Origin: an uncultured Gammaproteobacteria bacterium
Lineage (GTDB): Bacteria; Pseudomonadota; Gammaproteobacteria; Pseudomonadales; UBA5518
Length of the DNA stretch: 44,045 nucleotides
Assembly (NCBI GenBank): GCA_903938575.1
Contig: CAJADV010000404.1
Coordinates: 1-44,045, forward strand
Direction of reading: 5' to 3'
Shown piece after piece: positions 1-10,729 of this stretch. The stretch's first letter is position 1; the number at the start of each line of letters is the position of its first letter. The notes below the pieces were generated by a model, which did no database searches, was not told the origin of the DNA, and worked only from the letters and a program-made list of their open reading frames with translations. A program made the translations under genes and the position numbers.

Positions 1-2
1 AG

Positions 3-239
3 GACCTTGCCGGGCGTGGTATTCACACCGCCTGCGTCTGTCCGGGGTTCACCGACACCGAGATGCTGCATGCGCATGTAGGCGCGGACGAGGCGGTTCT
101 CGGGGCGTTGGCGAGCGGCATCACCTTCGGCAGGCTGATCGCCCCCGATGAGGTTGCCGAAACGATCCGCTTCTGCGCGCTGAACCCCATCATCAACGGC
201 TCGGTGATCCATGCCAATCTCGGTCAGGTCGAACGCTGA
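3..239 (+). CDS. SDR-family oxidoreductase, C-terminal fragment (truncated by window edge)
   Basis: Frame from base 3 reads DLAGRGIHTACVCPGFTDTEML...GRLIAPDEVAETIRF...INGSVIHANLGQVER*, a typical SDR C-terminus (PGxxxT motif). Confidence 0.8.
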   Translation, partial: DLAGRGIHTACVCPGFTDTEMLHAHVGADEAVLGALASGITFGRLIAPDEVAETIRFCALNPIINGSVIHANLGQVER

Positions 240-336
240 GAACTTGGGCCGTCCTGACGATTGTCCGTTGCCCGGGGTCTCGGCTACATTGGCGCCGTTT
301 TGCACCGATCCCCCAAACGCCCACGAGGAAAGCGTG

Positions 337-696
337 ATGAGAAAGACCCTGACGATTGTTGCCGCCCTGGCGTTCCCGTTCTTTGCGGCCACGGCCCATG
401 CCGCCTGCACGCTTGAGGCAGAGCCTGCAATTCCCGATGGCAAGTCGGCCACACTCGACCACATGAAGGCCGCCCAGGCCGCGGTGAAGGCCTATGGCGT
501 CGATTATCGCGCCTGTCTCGATGCCGAGGCCGCTGCCGCCAACGCGGCCGCACCCAAGGACGAGAGCGCGGACGCCAAGAACGTACGTGCCACGGCTACA
601 GCCGCTGCATACAACGGCTCAATCGACAAACAGACCGCGCTGGCGGCGAAGTTCAATGATGCCGTGAAGGCTTACAAGGCCGCGCAAGCCAAGTAA
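337..696 (+). CDS. Small exported Ala-rich helical hypothetical protein
   Basis: GAGGAA RBS before ATG 337; signal peptide MRKTLTIVAALAFPFFAATAHA; two Cys in the mature part. Confidence 0.8.
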   Translation: MRKTLTIVAALAFPFFAATAHAACTLEAEPAIPDGKSATLDHMKAAQAAVKAYGVDYRACLDAEAAAANAAAPKDESADAKNVRATATAAAYNGSIDKQTALAAKFNDAVKAYKAAQAK

Positions 697-708
697 GCCC
701 TTGCCTGT

Positions 709-749
709 GGGGCGATTCCGGCAGGGAGCCGGCATCGCCCCTGACGTTT
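709..749 (+). terminator. Stem-loop, probable intrinsic terminator after the exported-protein gene
   Basis: GGGGCGATtCCGGC-AGGGA-GCCGGcATCGCCCC (709-741) followed by TGACGTTTT. Confidence 0.5.
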
Positions 750-764
750 TCGATATGCCGGAGC

Positions 765-2003
<1,239 letters not shown>

Positions 2004-2055
2004 CAAGTGGGCGTGGCGCCGCGTGCGCGTGCCCCAGGCAGCAGGTGATTTGACG

Positions 2056-3186
2056 ATGGCAATGCCGGCGAATTTCGGATTTGGCGAAGAAGAGCAAATG
2101 CTCCGCGATGCGGCGCGCAAGTTTTTCGCCGACAACCTCCCTTCAGACCGCCTGCACCGGCTGGTGGCAGCACCCGGAGTTGCCGGCGCCGAGCGCTGGG
2201 ACCCGGGGCTCTGGGAACAGATGGCGGCACTTGGCTGGACGGGCATTGCCGTGCCAGAGCGTTGTGGTGGCGTCGGCATGCCTGTGGTGGCCGCGGTGGC
2301 ACTGGCCGAGGAGGCCGGCCGTGCCGGACTGCCAGCGCCCCTGGTGGGGACCTTGCAGGCCAGTCGGCTGCTGGTGGGCTGTGCCAGTGCGGCGGCGGAT
2401 GCGGCGCTCGGCGATATCGTGGCCGGGCAGGCTGTGGCTCTGGCGATCACGGACGCGCGTGGCGCCTGGCGTGGCGATGCCTGCGAGCTCGTGTGGCAGG
2501 ACGGCACCGTCACGGGCACGGCGCCCTGGGTTCAGGACGCGACCAAGTGCGCGGCCTTCGTGGTCAAGGCGCGTGGCCCAGCCGGGGCTGGGCTCTACCT
2601 CGTGCGCGCGGGAGCTCCCGGCGTGACGATCGTGCCAGATGCCATCGTCGATCTCACCCGCGACCAGGGTTCTCTGGTGCTAGCGGGGGCAGCGGCTATT
2701 GAATTGGTGGCATCGGGCGGCGCCGCTGCCGTAGTTGCCGAGGCCGAGGCTGCGCTGTTCATCTTCGTTGCTGCGGACCTCTGCGGTGCGGCTGAGTGGC
2801 TGCTCCAGACGACCGCCGAGTACGCCCGGGTGCGGCAGCAGTTCGATCGCCCGATCGGTTTTTTCCAGGCCGTCAAGCATCCGCTGGTCGATGTGATGAT
2901 GAGCATCGACCTTGCGCGTTCCCACCTCTACAACGCGGCCTGCGCCATCGACCACGAGCCCGAGCGGGCACTGCGTGCTGCTCATATGGCCAAGGCCGCG
3001 GCAGCGGATGCCGCCCGCTTTGGCGCGAGTCGCGCGGTGCAGCTCCACGGCGGGATCGGCTTTACGTGGGAGTGTTATGTGCAGCTGTACTTCAAGCGCC
3101 AGCTCCACAACGAGGCATTGTTCGGGGATGGTGACTGGCACCGGGCGCGCCTCGGCGCGATGCTGATCGACACGGCTGCTGCCTGA
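2056..3186 (+). CDS. Acyl-CoA dehydrogenase family protein (second of pair, likely partner subunit)
   Basis: EEEQMLRDAARKFF, EYARVRQQFDRPIGFFQAVKH and AVQLHGGIGFTWE motifs. Confidence 0.9.
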   Translation: MAMPANFGFGEEEQMLRDAARKFFADNLPSDRLHRLVAAPGVAGAERWDPGLWEQMAALGWTGIAVPERCGGVGMPVVAAVALAEEAGRAGLPAPLVGTLQASRLLVGCASAAADAALGDIVAGQAVALAITDARGAWRGDACELVWQDGTVTGTAPWVQDATKCAAFVVKARGPAGAGLYLVRAGAPGVTIVPDAIVDLTRDQGSLVLAGAAAIELVASGGAAAVVAEAEAALFIFVAADLCGAAEWLLQTTAEYARVRQQFDRPIGFFQAVKHPLVDVMMSIDLARSHLYNAACAIDHEPERALRAAHMAKAAAADAARFGASRAVQLHGGIGFTWECYVQLYFKRQLHNEALFGDGDWHRARLGAMLIDTAAA

Positions 3187-3216
3187 GCGCTCAGACAGGC
3201 ATCGACCAGCGGTCAG

Positions 3217-4101
3217 TCAGAGCGCAGCGCGCTGCTCCCTGATCACGTCGGCAAGTGACTCGAAAAAACGTCTCTGTCCAGCGCCGCGGCGCCAGACCAG
3301 TCCGATGCTGCGGTGCGGTACGGGCTCCTTGAAGGGAATGAAGCGCAGGCTGCGCGGCGCATCGTGCGTGGCCATCGCGGGCACCAGCGTGATGCCCAGA
3401 TCCGTGCTTACCATCTGCATCAGCGTGGCCAGGCTGGTGGCGCGGAATTCCCGCGATTCCTCCACGGCGTTAAGTTTGCAGAATTCAAGTGCCTGCTCAC
3501 GCAGGCAGTGGCCTTCGTCCAGTAGCAGCAGCGGATGGGCGTCGAGGTCGGCGCCGCACACGCTGCCGCGGCTGGCAAGTGGGTGATGTTCACTCACGGC
3601 CAGGTGAAAGGGCTCATCGAACAGCGCGCACCATTCGAGATCCTCGCCGATCACAGGCAGTGCGAGCAGCGCGAGATCGAGCTGCCCGCGGCGCAGGCGT
3701 CCGAGCAGCAACTCGGTCTTTTCCTCGACCAGCAGCATGCGCAGGCGCGGATAGGCGGCGTGGATAGCCGGGACGATGCGGGGCAGAAGATACGGTGCGA
3801 GCGTGGGGAATGCGCCCAGCCGGTACTGTCCTGCCGAGGGGTCCTTCAGGCGTTTGGCGGTGAGCTGGAGTTCCTCGTAGTCGCGCAGCAGCACTAGCGC
3901 GCGCTCGACGATCTGCTCGCCCGCGGTGGTGACCATGACGCGCCGTCCCGTGCGCTCGAAGATCTCGACGCCCAGATAATCCTCCAGCTTGCGGATCTGC
4001 ATGCTGAGCGTGGGCTGGCTCACATGGCAGCGCTCGGCTGCCTTTCCGAAGTGCCTGAGCTCCGCGACGGCAACGAGATACTGCAGGTCGCGGAGGTTCA
4101 C
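3217..4101 (-). CDS. oxyR: Hydrogen peroxide-inducible LysR-type regulator OxyR
   Basis: GTG start VNLRDLQYL; LysR HTH HFGKAAERCHVSQPTLS; OxyR redox motif LLDEGHCLREQALEFC (two Cys 9 apart) and RATSL. Confidence 0.92.
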   Translation of the reverse strand: MNLRDLQYLVAVAELRHFGKAAERCHVSQPTLSMQIRKLEDYLGVEIFERTGRRVMVTTAGEQIVERALVLLRDYEELQLTAKRLKDPSAGQYRLGAFPTLAPYLLPRIVPAIHAAYPRLRMLLVEEKTELLLGRLRRGQLDLALLALPVIGEDLEWCALFDEPFHLAVSEHHPLASRGSVCGADLDAHPLLLLDEGHCLREQALEFCKLNAVEESREFRATSLATLMQMVSTDLGITLVPAMATHDAPRSLRFIPFKEPVPHRSIGLVWRRGAGQRRFFESLADVIREQRAAL

Positions 4102-4111
4102 GCGGGCCGCC

Positions 4112-4696
4112 TCAGTCGAGATCGCGTAGCAGCGAATCCCGCGCCCCGGCGTCAAGGACTTCGGTTTCGTACCGGTAGCGCGGATGCTCGATGCCGAAGG
4201 CGAGTGCGGCCCCGGCGCGCAGCTCTGCCTTGTCCTGCGCATCCAGCGTAAAGCGCAGGAAATGCACGGCGGAGGTCTTCTCCTCGTCCGAGCGCTCCAT
4301 GTCCTCATCGGCCAGCACGGCAAGGCGTCGCTCGCCGATCCGCGCATACACCGCGTGCTCGACGGACCGCAGGTACTTGAGCTGCACCCGGCGTTCCTCG
4401 GCGTCCGGGAACTCCACCAGCATGGTGGCGCGCCAGTCGCTGCCGGCAGGTATCAGCGGGTTGTAGGCGTCGAGTTCGTCCTGGATGGCGGCGGGGTCTG
4501 CCGTTTTCTCGATCCGCAGCATCTCCAGCACCTGGTAGAGCACGGTGTCACGGTTTTCAAACAGCAGCGTGACGTTCTCGCCAATGCGCACCTGGCGGGA
4601 TTTCTTTGCGGCAATGACCTGTGTGCGGAAGGTGTCGCGGGTCCTTGCGTAGTCCTCGACCGAGGGCAGGTCAGCGAGCGTAAGCGGGGCGTTCAT
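4112..4696 (-). CDS. DUF3501 family protein
   Basis: LLFENRDTVLYQVLEMLRIEK, ELDAYNPLIP and KTSAVHFLRF motifs; position in a rubrerythrin cluster. Confidence 0.85.
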   Translation of the reverse strand: MNAPLTLADLPSVEDYARTRDTFRTQVIAAKKSRQVRIGENVTLLFENRDTVLYQVLEMLRIEKTADPAAIQDELDAYNPLIPAGSDWRATMLVEFPDAEERRVQLKYLRSVEHAVYARIGERRLAVLADEDMERSDEEKTSAVHFLRFTLDAQDKAELRAGAALAFGIEHPRYRYETEVLDAGARDSLLRDLD

Positions 4697-4706
4697 GCGG
4701 ATTCCT

Positions 4707-6038
4707 CTAGATGCCGTAGGCGCGACGGAGCAGGCTCAAGGGGTGAGCCGGCTGCTCTTCCTGTCCCATGGCATGGGCGATATGCGCGCCGGCCATCGGG
4801 CAGTCGCTGGTGAGCGCGTCCGGATCGAACTGCTTTACCTGGTTGACCACCGGCTTCACGATTTTCATCGAGTTGTCGTGGGTTTCCTTGCGGACGGCAT
4901 AGGTGCCGTCGTGCCCCGAGCAGCGCTCGATGGCTTTCACCTCGGTGCCGGGGATAAGCGACAGCACCTCGCGGGTCTTCAGACCTATGTTCTGCACCCG
5001 CTGGTGGCAGGCCACCTGGTAGGCAACCTTCCCCAGTGGCTCGATGAAATCCGTGCGCAGCAGCCCGGCTTTGTGGCGGTGCATCAGGTACTCGAAAGGA
5101 TCGAAGATGTTGGCTTTCACCAACTGCACGTCGGCGTCATCCGGGAACATGAGCGGCAGTTCCTGCTTGAACATCAGCGTGCACGAGGGAATCGGTGCCA
5201 CTATGTCCCAGCCGTCGCGGATGGCCGCCGCGAGGATCGGGATGTTGTGCTCCTTCAGCGCAGCCACCGAGGGCAGGTCGCCCAGTTCGAGCTTGGGCAT
5301 GCCGCAGCACTTCTCGCCCTGCACCAGCGTGGTTGGAATGCCGTTGTGCTCGAAAACCCTGACCAGGTCCTCGCCCATCTGCGGGGTGTTGTAGTTGCCG
5401 TAGCAGGTGCTGAACACAGCAACCTTGCCGCGCGTGGGGCCCGCCTGCGCCGCAGGTGAGGTCAGGACCTGGTGTTTCTTCAGGCGGCGCTTGAGAGTCT
5501 TGCTGTCGTACTGGGGTACCCGCGCCTTGTGGTGTACTCCGATCGCGCCCTCCAGCGCTTTTCTGACTACCGAGTTGCGGTTCAGTGCGTTCACCGTAAC
5601 GTCGAGCAGCGGGATGGTGGCCAACTTGCCGACCGCGGTGGTGGAGGACAGCACCCGGCGGCCGAAGCTCGCACCTTCCTTTTTGAATTGCACGGCCTTG
5701 GCGCGCAACATCAGGTGCGGGTAGTCGATTGCCCACTCGTGCGGCGGCACATAAGGGCACTTGGTCTGGTAGCAGAGGTCGCAGAGGTAGCAGTGCTCCA
5801 CGACGTCGGCATATGAAGATTTATCGGCGCCATCGAGGTCGAAGGTCGGTGACGCGTCGATCATGTCGAACAGGGATGGGAAGGAATCGCAGAGGCTCAC
5901 GCAGCGTCGGCAGCCGTTGCAGAGATCGAACACACGATCCATCTCGGCCGTGAGTAGCTTCTCGTCGTAGAAGGCCTCGTTTTGCCAGTCGAGTGGATGC
6001 CGGGTCGGGGCCTGCAGGCCGCCTTCGCGCAGACTCAT
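4707..6038 (-). CDS. Fe-S oxidoreductase (GlpC/HdrD-like, CCG domains), rubrerythrin-associated
   Basis: CNGCRRCVSLC and CYLCDLCYQTKCP 4Fe-4S motifs; CCGMP and CSGHDG CCG-type motifs. Confidence 0.9.
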   Translation of the reverse strand: MSLREGGLQAPTRHPLDWQNEAFYDEKLLTAEMDRVFDLCNGCRRCVSLCDSFPSLFDMIDASPTFDLDGADKSSYADVVEHCYLCDLCYQTKCPYVPPHEWAIDYPHLMLRAKAVQFKKEGASFGRRVLSSTTAVGKLATIPLLDVTVNALNRNSVVRKALEGAIGVHHKARVPQYDSKTLKRRLKKHQVLTSPAAQAGPTRGKVAVFSTCYGNYNTPQMGEDLVRVFEHNGIPTTLVQGEKCCGMPKLELGDLPSVAALKEHNIPILAAAIRDGWDIVAPIPSCTLMFKQELPLMFPDDADVQLVKANIFDPFEYLMHRHKAGLLRTDFIEPLGKVAYQVACHQRVQNIGLKTREVLSLIPGTEVKAIERCSGHDGTYAVRKETHDNSMKIVKPVVNQVKQFDPDALTSDCPMAGAHIAHAMGQEEQPAHPLSLLRRAYGI

Positions 6039-6066
6039 CGCGTTCTCCGTCGTATTCGCAGAATCG

Positions 6067-6102
6067 AAAAAGGGGGGGACGGACGGCTGTTGCCGTCCGT
6101 CC
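6067..6102 (-). terminator. Intra-operon hairpin (terminator/attenuator or mRNA stabiliser) after rubrerythrin
   Basis: Perfect 11-bp stem GGACGGACGGC-4 nt loop-GCCGTCCGTCC (6077-6102), followed on the minus strand by CCCCCTTTTT. Confidence 0.65.
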
Positions 6103-6111
6103 GGTGCCGCA

Positions 6112-6534
6112 TCAGCCGGCCAGGTAGGTATCCAGGGTTTTCTGGAACTTGCCTGCGTGGCTGCGCTCGGCTTTCGCCAGCGTCTCAAACCAGTCGGCGA
6201 TCTCGTCGAAGCCCTCGTCGCGAGCGGTCTTCGCCATGCCCGGGTACATATCGGTGTACTCGTGCGTCTCACCGGCTATCGACGCCCGCAGGTTGTCTGC
6301 GGTGCCGCCGATCGGCTTTCCGGAAGCCGGATCACCCACGGCCTCTAGGTACTCGAGGTGACCGTGTGCGTGGCCCGTCTCGCCTTCTGCGGTCGAGCGG
6401 AACACGGCTGCTACATCGGGTGCGCCCTCTACGTCTGCTTTGGCAGCGAAGTACAGGTAGCGGCGGTTGGCCTGGCTCTCGCCCGCAAAGGCGTCAGCCA
6501 GGTTCTTGGCGGTCTGGGAACCTTTCAGGTCCAT
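6112..6534 (-). CDS. rbr: Rubrerythrin, short form without rubredoxin domain
   Basis: [36 protein letters not shown] and AERSHA di-iron motifs; no C-terminal CxxC pairs. Confidence 0.92.
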   Translation of the reverse strand: MDLKGSQTAKNLADAFAGESQANRRYLYFAAKADVEGAPDVAAVFRSTAEGETGHAHGHLEYLEAVGDPASGKPIGGTADNLRASIAGETHEYTDMYPGMAKTARDEGFDEIADWFETLAKAERSHAGKFQKTLDTYLAG

Positions 6535-6602
6535 GTCATGCCTCCATGATGGGGTGGGGTGGGTTCACGCAAGAAACCCCTTAGGGTGATCGAGCGGGGT
6601 TT

Positions 6603-6630
6603 AGGATAACCTCGCATCGATAAGTTTCAA
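6603..6630 (-). promoter_or_regulatory. Putative sigma70 promoter of the rubrerythrin operon
   Basis: Minus strand TTGAAA (6630-6625) - 16 nt - TATCCT (6608-6603), immediately next to the OxyR box. Confidence 0.55.
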
Positions 6631-6666
6631 CAGTAATTCTCTATCCAATGGATAGATAGCAACTAT
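6630..6666. promoter_or_regulatory. OxyR binding site
   Basis: ACAG-N7-CTAT-N7-ATAG-N7-CTAT, 15/16 match to the OxyR consensus ATAG-N7-CTAT-N7-ATAG-N7-CTAT. Confidence 0.85.
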
Positions 6667-6715
6667 CGAAAGCTGCGAACCCCAGCGCTTGCCGCAGACC
6701 CGGCAGGCTGAACCC

Positions 6716-7285
6716 TCAGCCGGGTTCGCCCCATCGCTTCAGCAAATCGTGTTCGATCCCCAGGCAGTCGAGCGCGCGTCCGACCGTCTGGTCTATGAGA
6801 TCGTCCACGGTGAGCGCGCCGGCGTAGAACGCGGGCACGGGGGGCATGATCTGGGCGCCGTAGTCGGTGGCGCGGAGCATGAGCTCCAGGTGCCCCTTGT
6901 GCAGCGGCGTCTCGCGCACCATCAAGACGAGTCGGCGCCGCTCCTTCAGGCAGACGTCCGCGGCGCGCACCATCAGGGTGTCGGCGTAGCAGTTGGCGAC
7001 CCCGGACAGGGTCTTGATGCTGCAGGGCGCAATGATCATGCCCTCGGTCCGGAAGGATCCGCTGGCGATCGATGCGGCAAGGTTGTCGTTGCGGTGCCAC
7101 ACATCACAGAGTTCGCGCAGTTCCTCGGCCCTGCGGCCCGTCTCGATGGCGAGGGTGCGGTCTGCCACCGCCGAGACGACCAGGTGGACCTCGTGGGTGC
7201 CGAGTTCACGCAAGCGTTCGAGGAGGCGTGCGCCGTAAATGACGCCGCTCGAGCCGCTGATTCCGACGATGATCCTGCGGGGCAT
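6716..7285 (-). CDS. ubiX: Flavin prenyltransferase UbiX
   Basis: IIVGISGSSGVIYG, ASIASGSF, IIAPCSIKTL, RAADVCLKERR, RETPL and PPVPAFY motifs. Confidence 0.93.
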   Translation of the reverse strand: MPRRIIVGISGSSGVIYGARLLERLRELGTHEVHLVVSAVADRTLAIETGRRAEELRELCDVWHRNDNLAASIASGSFRTEGMIIAPCSIKTLSGVANCYADTLMVRAADVCLKERRRLVLMVRETPLHKGHLELMLRATDYGAQIMPPVPAFYAGALTVDDLIDQTVGRALDCLGIEHDLLKRWGEPG

Positions 7286-7384
7286 GGCCGCTCCGGTACT
7301 TGTTCTGCGGGGACCCCGCTGCCCGCGAGGCGGGCGAGCGAGGCAGTGTAGACTTCTGGCCGATCGAGAAAGAATCGGTGGACG

Positions 7385-10300
7385 ATGATGGTACTGCGAC
7401 ACCCCGCGCTTGTCCTGCTCCTGATCCTTGCTGCCGGAGCGCTGCCCTCGCTGGCGTCACCCGGCACGGCGGTCGATGACGCTGCGCTCGCGGTGCCCCC
7501 GTTGGAGTCGATGGAGCGCGCGCTGGATTCGGTGCGCGATGCGCCCGCCGATGATCAGCAGGCGCAGCGGCTGAAAGAGCTGTATTCCGCCACCGTGCAA
7601 AGCCTCCGCGGTGCGGCCGAGAGCCGTCTGGATGCAGCGCGGTTCGAGCGCCTCTACGCCGATGCCCCCGAGCAGACGGCGCGCTTCACCGCCGAGTTGC
7701 AGGATCTCCAGCGCGCCACCCGCCGCATATCCATTTCTCGCGATATATCGGTGGAGCGGCTCGAGCGCCGTCTCGACGAGGCCGAGGCGCGGGTCGCGGC
7801 GCTACGCAACGAGGAAGTGTCGTTGGGCAACACCGTGTCGACCCTGCAGACGCGCGTCGATGCCGCGCGGCAGGAGCTGAAATCCCTCGGCGACGTCTCG
7901 GCTCGCCGCGAGGGTGCTCCGCTGCCCCGCCCGGGGGAGAGCGCTGAGGTCACGAAAGCCCGGATCGACGAGTGGCTCTCGCGTCAGGACTACCGCTCCG
8001 CGCAGCGGCTCAAGCTGGAAATCGAGGTGCGTACGCTGCCGGTGCGGCTGGATGCGCGCAAGGCTGAACTTAAACTGATCGGTGTGCAGCGTGAGGAGGC
8101 GGAGCGCGAGATGACCGCGCTGGCCGGGCAGGAGCATCTGCGCCGCATCGCCGAGGCGTCCCGGCTGCGTGATGAGACCATCCGTCATGTCGCGGAGATG
8201 GGCAGCAGCCTTCCCGAGCTGCGCGCGCTTGCCACCGAGGTCTCCGGGCTGGCCGATGAGTATGTCGCGACGGTCACGCGGTTCGAGTCGGACAGCGCGA
8301 ACCTGGCGCGTGCCGACCGTGCTCTGGAGACGCTGCGAGCCTCCTTCAGCGCCACCCGCCAGCAACTCGACATTGCGGCCCTGAGCGATGCTCTCGGTCC
8401 GGTGCTGGTCGAGCAGTACCAGCGGCTCGATGATTTCGAGCAGCCCGACCGGTATCTGGCGTTACTGTCAGGGCGCTTGTCCGAAACACGCTTGCGTGAG
8501 TTCCGCATCGGGCAGCTGCGCGAGCAGTCGAGTGCGCGTCGCGAGCAGATCGAGGCTGCAGTGCGAGCCAGTGACGCAGAAGACGTGCGCGAGCACGAGT
8601 CGGTCATCGACGAAGCCGAGCAACTTCTCGCTGACCGTGACGAGTTGCTCGATGCGCTTGGTGGCCTGTACGTGCAGGTCACCGGCCACATCATCGAACT
8701 GGATTCCATTTATCAAGAGCAGGCATCGCTCGCCGAGAGTTTTCGTCAGCTCCTTGACCGCAACCTGATCTGGATGAAATCCCATCCGGCGCTCGGCGTC
8801 CGGGACTTCACCGCATTTCCCGCTGTGGTGCTTGGGCTGGCCGCGGGGCAAGACTGGCGCGGCTTTTTTGCCGAGCTCGCGGGCGGGCTGCGCGAGCATC
8901 CGCTCAGCACTGGATTCTCGCTGCTTGTCCTTCTGCTTCTCTGGCGCAATCACGCATGGCTGCGCGCCCGCCTGGGGAGCCTCGGGCTGCGCACGGTGGG
9001 CTTGAAAGACTACCGCTTCCACATGGCGTTGCAGGCGCTCGGGGTGCACCTCCTTCTGGCGATGCCGGTGCCCCTGGTTATGTTGTGGTCCGGCTGGCTT
9101 CTGGAGGGCCTGTCGAGCACGAACCCGTTGGCCCCGGCCATCGGTGAGGCGGCGCGCAGCGTCGGGCTACTGTCCTATGGATACCTGTTCCTGCTGAGTG
9201 CGTTCGGTGCCGATGGATTCGCGCGCCAGCACCTGCGCTGGCGGACGGGGCGGGTCCAGAGCGTGCAGCGGTGGATGCGCTTTGGCGTGCGCTTGCTGCT
9301 GCCGCTCGCGTTGGCATGTCTCACGCTCGGCGAGTTCACCGACAGGCCCGAGGTTGCAGTGGCGCAACGGGTGGCAACGGTCCTGTTCACATTGGCGTTC
9401 TTCCTGCTGTCCGTGGCGCTGGTGCGAGCAGGCACCGGCATGTTCGGCGGAGCGTTCTTTGCGCAGCGCTTCGCCCTCGCGGGACGCGCCGGCCGCACGC
9501 TGGTGATGGCGCTGCTCGTCGCGCAGCCCGTCGCGGTCTTGTTGGACGTCATGGGCTACCACTTCACCGCGAGCGCGCTCGCGGTGCGGGTGTTTCTCAC
9601 GATCGTGGTGCTGCTGATCGCAAAACTGGTGATCGACACCGGTCTGCTGGGGCTCACCATCGCCGGGCAGCGTTCGGCGGCGCTGCGCGAGCAGCAGGCG
9701 CAGGAAGAGCAGACGAGTGTTGATGCGCCTGCAGACGAGGACTTCGCCAAGATGAACGCCAGCGCCGTGGCGCTGCTGCAGGTGTTCGCGCTCGGCCTCA
9801 CCGCTGCCGTGCTGCTCGCGCTGTGGTCACAGTTCTTTACCGCGCTCAGTATTCTTGACGCCGTGGGGCTGTGGCAGCACGAGTCTGTTGTGGACGGCAA
9901 GACGGTGCTGCAGGACGTGTCCTTGTTCGACCTTTTAGGGGCGTTGCTGCTGTTCGGCGTGGCGCTCACCCTGGCGCGCGGCCTGCCGGCCCTGCTGGGC
10001 ATCGTTCTGTATGGCTGGGTTACCCGCAAAGGCGTGTTGTTCACCATCCAGACGATCATTTCCTATGTGGTGGTCTCGCTGGGGTTTTTCTTCAGCCTGC
10101 AGCTTCTTGGCTTCGGCTGGGCCAAGCTGCAGTGGATGGCGGCGGGGTTGTCGGTGGGGCTGGGTTTTGGTCTTCAGGAGATTTTCGCCAACTTTTTTGC
10201 CGGCCTGATCATGCTGTTCGAGCGCCCGGTGCGCATCGGTGATGTGATAACGCTTGGCGAGTACAGCGGCACCATCCAGCGCATCCGCATGCGCGCCACC

Positions 10301-10729
10301 ACCATCACCGATTTCGACAACCGCGAGGTCATCGTGCCGAACAAGATGTTCGTCACCGAGCGGCTGATCAACTGGACGCTCTCGTCTTCAGTGGTGCGGA
10401 TGAGCTTTGATGTGGGCGTGTCCTACAACGCCGATCCGCGGCAGGTCCGCGAGACGCTCATGGAGCTGCTTGAGGCTGATCCGCGGGTGCTGAAGGATCC
10501 GCCGCCGAACGTCGTGTTCCGCGAGTTTGCTGCCAGTGCGCTTAATTTCCGTTGTTTCGGGCACGTCGAGGACATCAGCTTGCGCTTCCAGGTGCAGAAC
10601 GATCTTCATATGCGGATTACCGAAGTCTTCCGCGAGCGCGGCATCGAGATCGCCTACCCGCAGATGGATCTGCACCTGCGCAGCGTCGATCCAGTGGCCG
10701 GCGATCGGCTGTCCGGACCGGGCGCATGA
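7385..10729 (+). CDS. mscK: Large MscS-family mechanosensitive channel (MscK/KefA-like)
   Basis: Signal peptide, long coiled-coil periplasmic region, many TM helices; MscS core GLSVGLGFGLQEIFANFFAGLIMLFERPVRIGD...IRMRATTI...IVPNK. Confidence 0.88.
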   Translation: MMVLRHPALVLLLILAAGALPSLASPGTAVDDAALAVPPLESMERALDSVRDAPADDQQAQRLKELYSATVQSLRGAAESRLDAARFERLYADAPEQTARFTAELQDLQRATRRISISRDISVERLERRLDEAEARVAALRNEEVSLGNTVSTLQTRVDAARQELKSLGDVSARREGAPLPRPGESAEVTKARIDEWLSRQDYRSAQRLKLEIEVRTLPVRLDARKAELKLIGVQREEAEREMTALAGQEHLRRIAEASRLRDETIRHVAEMGSSLPELRALATEVSGLADEYVATVTRFESDSANLARADRALETLRASFSATRQQLDIAALSDALGPVLVEQYQRLDDFEQPDRYLALLSGRLSETRLREFRIGQLREQSSARREQIEAAVRASDAEDVREHESVIDEAEQLLADRDELLDALGGLYVQVTGHIIELDSIYQEQASLAESFRQLLDRNLIWMKSHPALGVRDFTAFPAVVLGLAAGQDWRGFFAELAGGLREHPLSTGFSLLVLLLLWRNHAWLRARLGSLGLRTVGLKDYRFHMALQALGVHLLLAMPVPLVMLWSGWLLEGLSSTNPLAPAIGEAARSVGLLSYGYLFLLSAFGADGFARQHLRWRTGRVQSVQRWMRFGVRLLLPLALACLTLGEFTDRPEVAVAQRVATVLFTLAFFLLSVALVRAGTGMFGGAFFAQRFALAGRAGRTLVMALLVAQPVAVLLDVMGYHFTASALAVRVFLTIVVLLIAKLVIDTGLLGLTIAGQRSAALREQQAQEEQTSVDAPADEDFAKMNASAVALLQVFALGLTAAVLLALWSQFFTALSILDAVGLWQHESVVDGKTVLQDVSLFDLLGALLLFGVALTLARGLPALLGIVLYGWVTRKGVLFTIQTIISYVVVSLGFFFSLQLLGFGWAKLQWMAAGLSVGLGFGLQEIFANFFAGLIMLFERPVRIGDVITLGEYSGTIQRIRMRATTITDFDNREVIVPNKMFVTERLINWTLSSSVVRMSFDVGVSYNADPRQVRETLMELLEADPRVLKDPPPNVVFREFAASALNFRCFGHVEDISLRFQVQNDLHMRITEVFRERGIEIAYPQMDLHLRSVDPVAGDRLSGPGA

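Noticed and set aside
6716-7285. UbiD/UbiX aromatic-acid decarboxylase operon
   Set aside because: No ubiD-family gene in the window; a stand-alone ubiX is ordinary
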